Shown one piece after another: positions 36,701 through 50,000 of a stretch of DNA of 64,000 nt. Each line of letters begins with the position of its first letter. Within the stretch, counting starts at the first letter, position 1. The translations under genes were made by a program, and so were the position numbers. Origin of the DNA: Candidatus Kaiserbacteria bacterium (GTDB lineage: Bacteria; Patescibacteriota; Minisyncoccia; Phycocordibacterales; UBA2100); contig CAVYCR010000003.1 of the NCBI GenBank assembly GCA_963767115.1, forward strand, positions 109,377-173,376, written 5' to 3'. Below the pieces are notes generated by a model. That model did not search any database. It was given only the letters and a program-made list of their open reading frames with translations, and had not been told where the DNA came from.

Positions 36701-39700
36701 ATGAAATCAAGATTCAATCTCCTGATCATAACAGGAACGCTCTTACTCTCTTTTCCACTCATTGCTTCAGCAACCTCCTACCTCCCCGGCCAAACACTCA
36801 ACCCAAGCTGTACGCCGACTGACCCTACGTGTGTCGTCGTCCCCAATACTACAAGCAGCAACTTTACTGCAACATCAAGTACCGCAACATCTACCTTTGC
36901 CGGCAACGTCACGGTCTCGGGCAACGTCTCGGTTGGCGGCCTCTCCGGTATTCTCCGTGCCGTTGAAGGAGTGATCACGAGTACGCTGGTCAATCTCTCT
37001 TCTGATGTTACCGGCGTGCTTGGCATCATCAATGGCGGTACCGGCATATCGTCTGCTCCGGGGTATGGACAGGTGCTGGTGGGCAATGCGCTTGGCGGTT
37101 ATACGCTCATGTCGACGTCGTCACTGGGTATTGCGGGTGCATCGAGTCAGTGGACGATTGGCGGTTCGAACATCTATTTCAATACGGGCAATATCGGTAT
37201 CGGGACCACCAGTCCTTCGGGATTGCTAACACTCGATTCTTCGTCGGCGACCGGTACCATCCTGCGTATGAGCAACACCTCGGTAGGCGGTCACGTCTAC
37301 GACTTCCTGGAGACTGGCTCAGCCAATACCGGCGGTGCAGGACGGCTCGACTTCTTTGACAACACGGTAGGCGCGGCGCGGCTATCGATTGCTGCCAATG
37401 GGAATGTGGGGGTGGGCACCACGAGCCCGTTTACAAATTTTGGTGTTTCCGGAAGCGGATATTTCGGGGGGAATCTTGCGGCCGCCACTCTATCAGTACC
37501 AGGTCTCACAACACTTGGAAATGCAACAACAACGAACCTTGAGGTTACTGGAGGTCTAAGTTTTACGGGCAATCAGGTTTATTCTGGCTCTGGTACTTCG
37601 AGTCCAGCAAATTCTTTTATATTCATGAAGGGTTCTCTCTCTGGAGTTGCAGCCCCAGCGGGGGACGGGATCATAAGCCCTTTTCATGTTTTTATTCCCG
37701 CAGATACAGTCAATACTAATGGAAACGGAAGCCTCATTGGATTCTCAATTGAAGAAGCTGCGAGTACTGGCCATGCGGGTGCACGCATCGCGTCACAGAG
37801 TTATTTGGCTGTTGTCGGAACACCTTCAACTACACCCGGTTCGGGTGGTTATGTAGGAGAAGCAGCCTTAACAAGAATCAGTGCAAACTTGGATGGAACC
37901 GCCGGCGCCTACTCCAATTACAAAGGCTCTACCTTTGGTGCCAACTCGGACATTTATCTCACTTCAGGTGCGACGTTTCTTGGTTTGGTAAATGCGGAAG
38001 AGTTTGATGTAACGATTCCATCCGGAGATTCAACTGCCGATAAATTTGGCATATCCATCGTGAAAGGTTCAAATGACGCAGTGCGCGGGACGTACGATGA
38101 CTCAGCGATAAGTATCAATGACCAGGATAATGCAAATACCCAAGGGTGGCATTACGGGCTTTCCTTCGGCTCCTATGCACATCAATGGGCATTTGCCACC
38201 GACAGCACGCTCATCATGGCTCAGACACGGCAGACAGGAGCCTCGAGCCCAGACGTAGCATTGAATGGTATCGACTTTCGAAACGTAACATTTGGAGGGT
38301 TGGCGTTTGCTTCTCCAGGATTCTCTGTTGATCCCTCGGGGAACATTGTTGGAAACGATTTTTATGCTTCTTCGACGAATTTTATGACGTTCGGCGGCAT
38401 CGGCGCAGGTACTAGAATCATTGCAGACGGAACCTCCACAAATATCACTTCTTCTCCCAGCGCGACTGCCTTTGGGTACGACGCTCTCGAATACGCATCA
38501 TCTACATCAGGTAATGGAAGCAGTGCTTTCGGATTCGAAGCGCTTCTCGGCAGTTTCTCTCTTGGCAACACGGGAAACAATACAGCTCTGGGGTATAAAT
38601 CGCTAATTGTCGACAGTAGTGGTGCTTCCAATACCGGGGTTGGTGCCAATACATTGCTTGGGAATACGACAGGGTCTTCAAACGTAGCCTTAGGGCAAGG
38701 TGCTCTTTTTGCAAATACTTCGGGCAATCAAAATATCTCGATTGGGCAGTCTTCACTCGTTGGCAACACATCAGGGTCAGGTAATATAGCCATGGGTACG
38801 GGCGCGCTTCGTGGTCTCGCGGGGAGCAGTGCAAACGACAACATTGGAATTGGTACAAATACTGCTACAACATCGACTTCTGGCTCCAACAACATCGCCA
38901 TCGGTTATGATATCGGCCTGCCCAACCTCACCGGCTCGAACCAACTAGATATTGGCAATTTGATTTTCGGCACCGGTGTAAGCGGCCAGGGTATAGCCGT
39001 TTCAGGTAATGTAGGTATTGGCACTTCGTCCCCGCAGGCTACGCTCGAAGTGTGGGGACCAGATACTGCATCTACAAGTGCCTTTACGGTCGCCAATAGC
39101 GCATCGACGACCGAATTCACGGTCTATGATACCGGCAATGCAGTCCTTGCTGGTAGCCTCACACAGAACTCGGATCAAAGGCTCAAGACCAACATCTCGG
39201 ATCTTGATGGCTCGAGCTCGCTTGCAGAGATTAATGCCTTAAACCCCGTCACTTTCAATTGGATCGACCCCGAGAAGAGTTCCGTACCGCAATTTGGCTT
39301 CATCGCGCAGCAGGTAGAGAACGTCTTCCCGAACCTTGTTGCGACGACTTCCCCGACCGCGCTCACACCTGACGGCACGCTCTCATTGAATTACATTGAT
39401 CTCATTTCGCCGATCATTGCGGCGATACAGCAGTTGGATAGAGATCTGACAACGCTCAGCTCAACAGTTGATGGTTTTGCGCAGTCGATAACATCTATGG
39501 TCGGCAATTTCGGCCAAGTTAATACGCAAGAATTGTGCGTTCAAGGCACCTGTGTAACCGGCGCCCAGCTCAAAGCGCTTCTCGCATCCGCTCATCAGTC
39601 TGCGAGTTCATCCGGTTCATCGCCTGGTGATCCGACCGATGCCACTGACACTTCGGATTCGACAAACTCACCGCAATCGCCTGTCATTCAGGTCAATGGC

Positions 39701-40000
39701 GCCAATCCTGCCACGATCGAGGTCGGCGCCATCTACAACGATCTCGGTGCGACCATCACCGGTCCGCAGGCTGATCTCAATCTGGGAATCGCGACCTATC
39801 TCAACGGTGTGGCGATGAATCCGATACAGCTCGACACCACGCAAACGGCGACTGATACGATCGATTACGTCGTGACTGATCAAAGTGGATTGACGAGCAC
39901 CTCGACGCGCACGGTCGTCATACAGGCGCCGATCACTCCGGTTGCGACCGCATCTACCACGACCGCCACGAGCTCATCAGCGACAAGCACTACGCCATAG
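36701..40000 (+). CDS. giant secreted fibre protein 1 (1099 aa): signal peptide, N-terminal module shared with the 41003 gene, collar repeats, C-terminal peptidase-S74 intramolecular-chaperone domain plus Ig-like (DUF5011-type) domain
   Basis: Signal peptide MKSRFNLLIITGTLLLSFPLIASA. Collar repeats read NTxxGxxALxxNTxGxxN.. The sequence ...LTQNSDQRLKTNISDLDGSSSLAEINALNPVTFNWIDPEKSSVPQFGFIAQQVENVFPNLV matches the S74 auto-chaperone, with the predicted S|D autocleavage site at 39172/39173. The C-terminal VIQVNGANPATIEVGAIYNDLGATITGP...DTIDYVVTDQSGLTSTSTRTVVIQ is Ig-like. Confidence 0.8.
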   Translation: MKSRFNLLIITGTLLLSFPLIASATSYLPGQTLNPSCTPTDPTCVVVPNTTSSNFTATSSTATSTFAGNVTVSGNVSVGGLSGILRAVEGVITSTLVNLSSDVTGVLGIINGGTGISSAPGYGQVLVGNALGGYTLMSTSSLGIAGASSQWTIGGSNIYFNTGNIGIGTTSPSGLLTLDSSSATGTILRMSNTSVGGHVYDFLETGSANTGGAGRLDFFDNTVGAARLSIAANGNVGVGTTSPFTNFGVSGSGYFGGNLAAATLSVPGLTTLGNATTTNLEVTGGLSFTGNQVYSGSGTSSPANSFIFMKGSLSGVAAPAGDGIISPFHVFIPADTVNTNGNGSLIGFSIEEAASTGHAGARIASQSYLAVVGTPSTTPGSGGYVGEAALTRISANLDGTAGAYSNYKGSTFGANSDIYLTSGATFLGLVNAEEFDVTIPSGDSTADKFGISIVKGSNDAVRGTYDDSAISINDQDNANTQGWHYGLSFGSYAHQWAFATDSTLIMAQTRQTGASSPDVALNGIDFRNVTFGGLAFASPGFSVDPSGNIVGNDFYASSTNFMTFGGIGAGTRIIADGTSTNITSSPSATAFGYDALEYASSTSGNGSSAFGFEALLGSFSLGNTGNNTALGYKSLIVDSSGASNTGVGANTLLGNTTGSSNVALGQGALFANTSGNQNISIGQSSLVGNTSGSGNIAMGTGALRGLAGSSANDNIGIGTNTATTSTSGSNNIAIGYDIGLPNLTGSNQLDIGNLIFGTGVSGQGIAVSGNVGIGTSSPQATLEVWGPDTASTSAFTVANSASTTEFTVYDTGNAVLAGSLTQNSDQRLKTNISDLDGSSSLAEINALNPVTFNWIDPEKSSVPQFGFIAQQVENVFPNLVATTSPTALTPDGTLSLNYIDLISPIIAAIQQLDRDLTTLSSTVDGFAQSITSMVGNFGQVNTQELCVQGTCVTGAQLKALLASAHQSASSSGSSPGDPTDATDTSDSTNSPQSPVIQVNGANPATIEVGAIYNDLGATITGPQADLNLGIATYLNGVAMNPIQLDTTQTATDTIDYVVTDQSGLTSTSTRTVVIQAPITPVATASTTTATSSSATSTTP

Positions 40001-40013
40001 TATAATCTTTCCT

Positions 40014-40925
40014 ATGTATCAACGCACCGCCGCGATGCTTGCCCTCGGACTTTCCCTCTTCGCCATCACCACATCCGTGGCTTTCGCATCCACCGGCACC
40101 ATTGTTTCACCCGATCAATACGCATGGGATGACAACGGCGGGTATGTGAATTGGCTTGCAGTCGGCGGCAATGTCACTGTCACCGATACCGGACTCACCG
40201 GATATATCTGGTCTGCAGGATTCGGCTGGATCAACCTCTCACCGACCGACGGCGGCGTCACCAACGTGGGTGGAGTTCTCGGCGGCTATGCATGGGGTAC
40301 CAATACCGGCTGGATCAATTTCACCGGGGTGACGATCGACAGTAATGGCCTCTTTCATGGTCACACTGTCGCGCAATCCACCTTCGGCACGATGACGTTT
40401 GACTGTACCTACTGCGATGTTGTCACTTCGTGGACAGGATCTTTTGTGGCGCCGCCGACTACTCCTACACCATCACCATCTCCTATCACTGGGGCCAACG
40501 GCATGCCGGCGCAAAGCGGCACGCTTTCATACGGCTACCAAGCGACAACTACAATTACTGGTAGTGCGTCGACACAAGTAGCTACAACTACCATCACAGC
40601 ACAAACATCGACTAACGTATCGCCATCATTGCGACCAACGACCCCGCCACCATCCGTTGAGCCGACGTCCGCGCCGCCAAAGGCTTCAGCATATGTATCA
40701 CAACATATTTCAAATCAGCACGTGGTGACTGCAGTAGTTTCTCAAGCAAACATGCCGACAGTCGGCCCCTCGACAAACGGAGGCGCTCCGACGCCAGCGA
40801 CCAATACCATCGAGCCATCTCCACAGCACGCTCCGGCGCAATCAACAACGCCGCTTCCTCCTACGTGCTCACTATTCACCTGCTGGATTCAGGGACTTTT
40901 TGATTTCTTGAAGTCGATTTTTTGA
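40014..40925 (+). CDS. secreted repeat protein (GYxWSxxxGWINF/L repeats, Pro/Thr-rich C-terminus)
   Basis: Signal peptide MYQRTAAMLALGLSLFAITTSVAFA. The repeated units are GYIWSAGFGWINL and GYAWGTNTGWINF. It lies between the two giant genes. Confidence 0.55.
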   Translation: MYQRTAAMLALGLSLFAITTSVAFASTGTIVSPDQYAWDDNGGYVNWLAVGGNVTVTDTGLTGYIWSAGFGWINLSPTDGGVTNVGGVLGGYAWGTNTGWINFTGVTIDSNGLFHGHTVAQSTFGTMTFDCTYCDVVTSWTGSFVAPPTTPTPSPSPITGANGMPAQSGTLSYGYQATTTITGSASTQVATTTITAQTSTNVSPSLRPTTPPPSVEPTSAPPKASAYVSQHISNQHVVTAVVSQANMPTVGPSTNGGAPTPATNTIEPSPQHAPAQSTTPLPPTCSLFTCWIQGLFDFLKSIF

Positions 40926-41002
40926 GTAATACACATAATCTTTTCAGCATTTAAATAGTGGCCTTGAATTTCTTGCTACAATGCAGGAACGTTAAATATT
41001 GC

Positions 41003-44000
41003 ATGAAATCCAGGTTATCAGTTATTGTCGGATTTGCTCTCTTACTTGCAGCTCCATTCGCCGCTTCAGCAACCTCCTATTTGCCAGGTCAAACCCTCAA
41101 CCCAAGCTGTACACCGACTGATCCTACGTGTATCGTCGTTCCCAACACGACGAGTAGCAGCTTCACGGCGACGTCTTCTTCGGCGACATCGACGTTTGCC
41201 GGCAGCGTCACTGTCTCAGGTAATGTAGCTATCGGTGGTCTCAGCGGCATTCTCCGTGCTGTTGCTGGTGTGATCACAAACACGCTCGTCAATCTCAGCT
41301 CAGACGTGACAGGTGTACTGAGCATCATCAACGGTGGCACCGGCATATCATCCGCTCCGAGTTACGGCCAAGTCCTCGTCGGCAACGGGAGTGGTGGATA
41401 CACGCTGACGTCGACATCGTCCTTGGGAGTGGCGGCGTCGGGTGCAGTATGGGGCAGCATTGTGGGATCGATTGCTAGTCAGGCGGATTTGCAGAGTGCG
41501 CTTGGTGCGAAGCTCGGACTCGCTGCCTGGTACGCAACCACTACCGACGCCTTAGCACAAGGCTCAACCAACAAATATTTTGCCAATTCACTCGCGCAAG
41601 CGGCTATTTCGGTCTCCGGTTCCCCACTCACCTATACATCCGGTGTGATCGGCATCAACCAAGCAAGCGCCAGTCAGAACGGTTACCTCGCTTCTACTGA
41701 CTGGTCAAATTTCAACGGGAAACTCGCATCGTCATCACTCTCCGCCTCGTATCCGCTTGCGTACAACTCTTCAACGGGAGTCTTTAGTCTCGGCTTCGGT
41801 ACAACGACTGCCAACACTTTCTCTTCTCTCCAAACGTTCAAAGGTGGGGCTTCTACCTCTGCACTCACCCTTGGCACGGGCGCAGGCATTTTGCAAACGA
41901 ACGCTGCTGGCGTGGTATCAGCGGGCACTGTGAGCCTGACTTCTCAAGTAGCAGGCACGCTCGCTCAAAGCAACGGTGGCACCGGATTCAATTCATATAC
42001 TGCCGGTGCCATCCTCTATGCAGACGGCTCGGGCAATCTTCAGGAGCTTCCTGCCGGCAGTAACGGCCAAGTCCTCAAGGTCGCGGCAGGATTACCGGGC
42101 TGGGGAGTTGACCTTACCTCCGGTGGCGGGGGTAGTAATGACGGCATCTTTGCAACGACGAGCAGCGGTGTCGTGTATCAACTCAACACCTCAAATCCCG
42201 TCGTCATCGGTTCGAATTCCACCTCGACTGCCAACAGCATCTTTGAAGTCTCAGGGCAACAATATATTTCAACCAAGCTCGGCATCGCGACCACTACTCC
42301 AAGTACCAATCTCTCGGTTGCAGGCTCAGGCTACTTTACCGGAGGCCTCGGCATCGGTACCTTGAATACTGCTCCGGGTTCACTTGTCGTCACGGGCAAC
42401 ACCACGCTTGGCAGCGCAACCTCCACCAATTTCTTCTCGACAGTTGCCAACTTCACCAGCGCTATCGCTACGACTTTTAATGCTTCGCTTGCTAATATCG
42501 CTGGTTTGAGCGTGACGAATTCGACTACTACTAACGCAACGACGACCAATCTCTACGCGCAAAGCGCATCGATCGGATCATTGGGTCTCTCTTCTGCACT
42601 TGGTATCGGGAGTGGGGGCACAGGACTTGCTTCTGGACCCGCCTATGGCCAAGTACTGCTCGGCAATGGAAGTGGCGGATACACGCTGACGTCGACATCA
42701 TCACTTGGAATAACGAGCGGCGTTTGGGGCAATATCACCGGCACACTTGCCAATCAGACCGATTTGCAAAGTGCACTCAATCTCAAATTGTCATCGTCAT
42801 CACTCTCCGCCACCTATCCGCTCTCATACAATAATAGTAGCGGTATTTTCAGTATTGGCTTCGGCACCACGACGAGTAACTCTTGGGCTGGAACGCAAAC
42901 ATTTAACAATATTTCTGCAACGAATGCGACGACGAGTAATTTTGGCATCACTGGTATTACCAATGGCGTTCTTGCGACGAATGGAAACGGTTCGGTGATT
43001 GCGACAACAAGTATTGGTGCCAACTACATCAACGGCATCCTGGGTACGATCAATGGCACAAACTTTTCACGCGGCGGATCAATTACACTGGGAGGAGCAT
43101 CAACGACACTGCTTTCTGATGCCAACACTTTTTCGGGTAGTAATATATTCTCAGCACTTAGCACATTCACAACCGGAATTCTTTCGAATGCCTCATCGAC
43201 ATTCACTTCGATCTTGAACGTGAATACAGTTAATCTCTCCAACGCACTCGGTATCGGGAGTGGCGGCACAGGACTTGCCTCCGCCCCTACGTACGGTCAA
43301 TTATTGCTCGGCAACGGAAGTGGCGGCTATACCCTCACATCGACCTCATCGCTCGGCATTGCAAACGGTTTCCAGTGGGCAACGAATGGTTCAGCTATTT
43401 CATACAGTACGGGTAATGTGGGTATTGGTACGAGTTCTCCCGGCGCAGCATTGTCAGTAAGTGGCAATACAGCACTTGCCGGCACCCTTTCGATCCAGAC
43501 GTCAGGCACCTCAACACTTACCGACCTTCAGGGTACGTCACAGTATGTCTTCGGCTCATGGGCTCCGCGTTTATGGGAACTTGCAGATGGTACGTCGCTC
43601 AATCCAGTAACCACCACTGGTGCGACCTTCAAGATTTCCCGCACCGAAGCAGTGGCGAGCAGCACCTGTAACAACAACAATGTTGATAATGAATGCAACG
43701 CGGCATTGCTTGTCGAATCTAATGCAAACGCGATCGCCGCATCTTCCTCCCAACAAACCGACGCAATTTTTGCCGGGGCAAAAGGACAACCGATCGGAAC
43801 TGACGTCGTAGGACTTTCAGCTATTGGCGACGTAGTGGGCGCTGGCACCGGTATCGGTACAGGCGCGTATCTTGAGGGCCGCCGCGATACCGCGACAGGC
43901 CTTGCAAAAGGCCTCGAGGTGCGCGTCACCAACATCACCAGCAAAGCGGGCACCTACTATAACGCTGGCGAATCGGACACCGAAGGCATCTGGGTCACCG

Positions 44001-47000
44001 GTAATTCAAGCAACGGACTTCCGATAGGCGCCGGCATGTCATTTGGTGCCATTAACGGGAGCGAATTCCTGACTGGTATCGGATTTACAACAAACAGCGT
44101 TGCGTCTTCCACCATTCGTGATGACAGTTCTGCATCCACATCAATCCAGATCAACGGAAATCACACCAATGCGATCAATATAGCGAGTAATGGTACCTAC
44201 GCTTTAACTACTGGAGCAAATTCAGGAAACGTCGGCATCGGCACAGCCAGCCCCGGTTATGAATTGACGGTCTCAACGACATCAGGAACGCAAGCGTATT
44301 TTGGAAGCACGGGCTCGCATAACGGTGGCATCATCATCGACAACGCCGCCGGTGGATTCCAGTCGGTCATTAATTTACTGAATGCCGGTACACAAATATT
44401 CCAAATCGGAAAGCAGACGGACAATTCATTCTTCATGTATGACGCATCGAACACGCGGAATTTTTTAACCTACTCACCGACCTCACAAAATCTCATACTC
44501 AATTCAGCGGCAGTAGGAAATGTCGGCATTGGTACGACCACTCCCGGATCGCTTCTCTCTGTCGGCGGCGTTGCAAACTTCAGCACAGCCACCAGCACGT
44601 TTTATTCTTCAGGCGGCATCAATCTTACGAACGGCTGTTTTGCATTAAATGGAACCTGCATAACAGGCGGTGGTGGTTCTAACTATTGGACCTCGTCAGC
44701 GGGGACGCTCTATAACAACACCGGCGCGAGCATCGGAATCAACAATGCATCCCCTTCTTACCCCCTCGACGTCGGAGGCTTTATCAACACCAGCGCACTC
44801 ACTGGTGGATTCAAGCAGGGCGGCACCACGCTCTTGTACGCAAGTACTACAAACCTTTCAACCTTTGTCGGCTTCAATGCGGGAGCGAATGTCCTCACGA
44901 TCGCTACCTCAAGCTCGCTCACCTCCGGCGCATACAACACGGTACTTGGCTACCAAGCACTCCAGAACGCGACCTCATCCCAGAACGTTGCAATCGGCTA
45001 CCAGGCACTGCAGGGAAACTCCAGCTCGGGCGATAGCTCTGGCAACCAGAACGTGGGTGTCGGCTATCAGTCACTGCGATACAACGCGGGTGGATCCGAC
45101 AACAGCGCACTCGGCTATATAGCGCTCCTTAACAACACCAGCGGCACGCTCAACACCGCACTCGGCTACCAAGCGCTCACCGGCAACACGGGCGGCTCAA
45201 ACAACCTCGCCATCGGTCCCTTCGCGCTTGATGGGAATCAGACTGGTGTGAGCAACGTTGCCGTCGGCAGAAATGCGATGCTCAATGAACTGAACGGATC
45301 GAGTAACGTCGCAGTCGGTATGGGCGCCGGAGACGGTGTCGCGTCAAACTCATTCTCCAACAACGTGCTTCTCGGCTATTACTCCGGATTCGGCCTTTCG
45401 ACGGGCGGTAATAACATACTACTTGGGTATCAGGCCGCCTCCACCACTGCAACAGGCGGAAACAACATCGCACTCGGCTACAACATCGATCTGCCGTCCG
45501 CAAACGGCTCCAACCAACTCGATATCGGCAACCTGATCTACGGCACGGGGATCAATGGAACTCTGAACACTGTCTCGACGGGCAACATCGGCATCGGCGA
45601 ATCCGCTCCCCTTGCAAAACTTGATATAGCGAACTCTTCAGCAACGAGCAGCCTTCTTTTGCGCGGTGGCAATAACCAGACTTCATCCACTACCAACCAG
45701 ATCGTCTTCAGCTACGCAGGCACTGCCAACTACGAGAGCGCCCTCAAGACTCGCAGCAATAGTGCCGGCAACAGTGGCAACGACATTGACTTCTACCTGT
45801 GGAACACCACCGACGGAGCAGCGAGCATTGCCAACAACCCCGCATTCACCATCGATGGCGCGGGCGGTATCGCGGTTGGGCAAGGATACGCGGGTGCCGG
45901 CGGGATCACTCCGCCTGCCAACGGCGCGATCATACAAGGAAATGTGGGGATCGGCACCACGTCACCTTCTTCTGCACTCTCACTGAATGGCAACGCACTT
46001 TTTGGCGGTAACCTCAATGTCATTGGCAATATTACTGGCAACTATCCCTTCAGCCAATACGGCACCGGCGCAGTAGCAGAACCGATCATCACTACCGTCG
46101 GCCGCGTGATCTACGCAGATCAATACGGCACGCATCACGACGGTATCACCGACGACACGACGGCAATCCAAAACGCACTCAACGCTGCAAGCTCTGAAGG
46201 CGGCGGCACAGTTTTCATCGGTCCGTACCGCTACCTCATCAACAGTGCGAACCTCACGATCCCGTCGCAAGTCACCCTCTCAGGCGAGGCATGGCCGGGA
46301 GTACCTTCAGCTGGGAACTTCGGTACCAAGCCGTACACGCTGGTGCTCAACCCTACCTACACGATCATCGGTAGTGACAACGCAGGCCTCCAAGACCTGC
46401 TGATCTTGAAAAGCGGAATGACCTCGCCGACATCGACGCGCTCCAGCATGAACTTGGTCGCGAGCTACGCGGGCACCGCCATTACCGGAGCAGGTAATGA
46501 CTTCAGCGTGCAGAACGTGACAGTTGGCGGCTTCAATACGTGCTTCTACTCAAGCGGGTACGCGAGAATGGTACTCAACCAGTTCTTCGGCGACTGTACC
46601 AACGGCCTCGTCGCGGACAACGTCCACGATATCGGCAAGCTACACAATATCGAGTTCTGGTCGTTCCTCTCGGTAGGTTTCGGTGGTGCCTATGTCGTCG
46701 CGTACCCTGTATCTAATGTTTCCAACAGTAGTGGCAACTATGATGTCACAATCCCGACTAACGTCTTCCAGACTGGTGACACGGTCTGGGTCTCGGGTGT
46801 CGGTGGTGCCGTAGGTGCTAACGGTAAATGGATCGCGACAGTCGCTGGTCCCAACGACCTAATTCTCCAGAACTCTGCGGTCTCCCCCTCAGTTGTCGGC
46901 ACCACGACCGCAAGCTCATACGAAGTATCCGTCGCAACCACAACCGCGCTCTATGCCGGGGAAGGCGTGAGCGGTACCGGCATTCCCTCGGGCGACACTG

Positions 47001-50000
47001 TCGCGCAAGTTTCATCGCCCGCTTCAGTGATCTGGCTTACCCAAGCCGCAACAGCAAGTGGTACGAACGTGACGTTGAGCTTTACCAACGGCACCTACAC
47101 GAGCGGTGGTAACGTCTATATAGATACGACGATCCGCAATGGAACTGCCTACACAATTACTCATAGTGAGGGGCTGGAATGCAACGACTGCTCCGATATC
47201 GGCCACCAAATAGGCTTCTATCTCGGCGCGGGAGCGAGCGGCATCAATATTATTAATGGAGTTTCTGACTATGATGGAAATCTCCAAGATCCTACCGCGA
47301 TCAACCTTGAGGTCACCAGCACCTCGACTGCTTCGGATTGGAATGGTGGTTGGATGGATTCAAAGAATACTTCAATCTATAACGCTAACGCGAGTGGCCC
47401 TGCGACAACGGTGTCGGGGGTAAATATTTCTACCGAATCAGGCGGTACCACGGCTGACGTCGAAAGCGGTCGCCTCATTATATCCAACTCGCAGCAGTGG
47501 AACGCGAGCGATATCTTGGTGGGCTCAGGGACCGGCAGCCTCACCATGAATGGTGACGACATGGTCCACACGACTATGTTGCCGGCTAATTCCGCAACGC
47601 TCGCGGAACTGTCGATCGATGGTAGTACGCAGCTTAAGTCCAACTCAGTTGACCAGGGTCTTGCCTCGTTCTCTTCGCCTCTCAACGGCAATACGGGAGC
47701 AGGCACCGGTGCGCTGACCCTCTATCTCGGCACCACCACGACCGGCTTCGAGACCGCTTTCGGCAACAACGCACTCCAAAACGCCACGTCATCCTCCGAT
47801 GACGTCGCCGTCGGCTATGGTGCGCTCACCGGAAGTGCCACGATCTCGAGTGTTGGCTCCAATACCGCAATCGGCTGGAACACGCTCAACCTCAATACCT
47901 CGGGACACGGCAATGCTGCGCTCGGCGCAGGTGCCTTGTATCGTAACACCTCTGGCAGTTTCAACATCGGCATTGGTAATTCCGCACTCGCTTTTAACAC
48001 GACCGGCTCATCCAATGTCGGCATCGGCGCATCTGCTTTGTGGTTCAACACGGGATCTCAAAACACGGCGATCGGCTATCAAGCCGGCGAAGGCGTCAAT
48101 GGCAGTTCTTCCGGCGGCAGCAATACATTCTTCGGATACAATACCGGCTTCGGCGACACGACCGGCGCTTCAAACCTCTATATCGGCAACAACGTCGCTT
48201 CAACCAGCGCGACTGGCTCTTTCAACGTAGCGCTCGGCTACGATATCGCCCTGCCAAGCGTGAACGGCTCCAATCAACTCGACATCGGCAATCTCCTCTT
48301 CGGCACCAATTTGACGCAAGGCACTACGGTCTCGACGGGTAATTTCGGCATCGGTACTTCGAGTCCCGGATCGATCTTCTCTGTAGGAGGTGTGGGCAAC
48401 TGGACCACGGGAACGTCGACCATGTACAGCTCTGGCGGCATCAACCTCTCTGGCGGCTGTTTCGCGGTAAACGGTACGTGCATTACCACCAGTAGTGGTG
48501 GCGGTGGAAGTTCTGCGTCGACGACATTACTCACAGATAACGACACCTTCTCCGGCGCCGAATTCTTCACCAAACCCATAAATACCTCAGGCACGACAGG
48601 AGGATACGACATCGACGGAAACCTCATCCTGCAAGCTTCTTCAACACTCGCCTCGACGCTCGTCGGTCAGAATGCAGGTTCGTCACTCACTACGTCATTC
48701 GGCAACGTCGCTCTCGGCTACGGTGCACTTCAGTACGCCACCTCGAGTCCTGACAACGTTGCAATTGGCTACAACGCACTGAACGCATTCACCTTCGCCA
48801 TTCCTGCGAATCCCGGCGCAGTGGGAGATATGACCGCGGTCGGGTATAACGCACTCGCGAGTTCCACCAACGGCTACATCAACACCGCAATCGGCTACGA
48901 ATCGATGTATGAGAGCACATCAACGGTCGAGAACACCTGCGTGGGATGGACTTCTTGCGGAGACCTGCAAAATCAGTTTTTGTCGACCGCCGGCAGCTAC
49001 AACGTTGGCGTTGGTGCTGGCGCTTTGTGGCACGATACCACTGGGGACAACAACGTGTCGGTTGGTTCTGACAACATGCGCAATACCGTCGGCGCGCAGG
49101 GCGACGTCGCCGTCGGCGAGGGATCGATCAGGAATGGCGTGCCGAATGCTGACATTGGTATCGGCGTCTATGCGCTGCGCGGCCAGGGTTGGTACGATGG
49201 CAACGCCGCAACTTCTACCGAGGCCGACGACATTGCCATCGGTACCTATGCAATGTCGACGACGAGTCTGACCACAGCACAGTACGACACGGCGGTAGGT
49301 CACTACTCCTCGCAGAACTTGATTAATGGTAACTACAACGTCGCATTCGGTGCCTTTACCTTGCAGAATGCCACCTCGTCCAACAACAACGTCGCCATCG
49401 GCTACAACGCACTCTTGGGAAGCAGTACAGTCTCGAGCGTCGGCAACAACACAGCTATCGGATACAACTCACTCGAAAATGATGCTTCCGGTGCAAGCAA
49501 TACAGCCCTTGGTTATTCATCTCTCGCCAGCAACACTTCCGGCGGCAACAACGTGGGTCTCGGCTATGGAGCGCTGACTGCGAATCTTGCAGGCAACAAC
49601 AACGTCGCGATCGGTCTCAATTCGCTTGCTAACGACAATACTTCAGGAAGTACCGGTATCGGCGCTTCATCACTCTTATACAGTACCGGTGCGGGCAACA
49701 CTGCAGTGGGCTTCCTCGCAGGTCAGGGTGTAAACGGTAGTTCTTCAGGCACTTTCAATTCACTTTTCGGCTACCAGAGCGGTTTTGGACTTACAACCGG
49801 CGCTGCAAACATTCTCCTCGGTACTAATGCTGCATCGACCACGGCATCAGGCTCATTCAATATCGCGCTCGGTTATGACGTCGCACTGCCAAGTCAGAAC
49901 GGCTCCAACCAGCTCGACATCGGCAACTTGATCTACGGCACCGGCATCAATGGCCAAGGGAGCAATGTCTCGACCGGCAATATCGGTATTGGCACCACGA

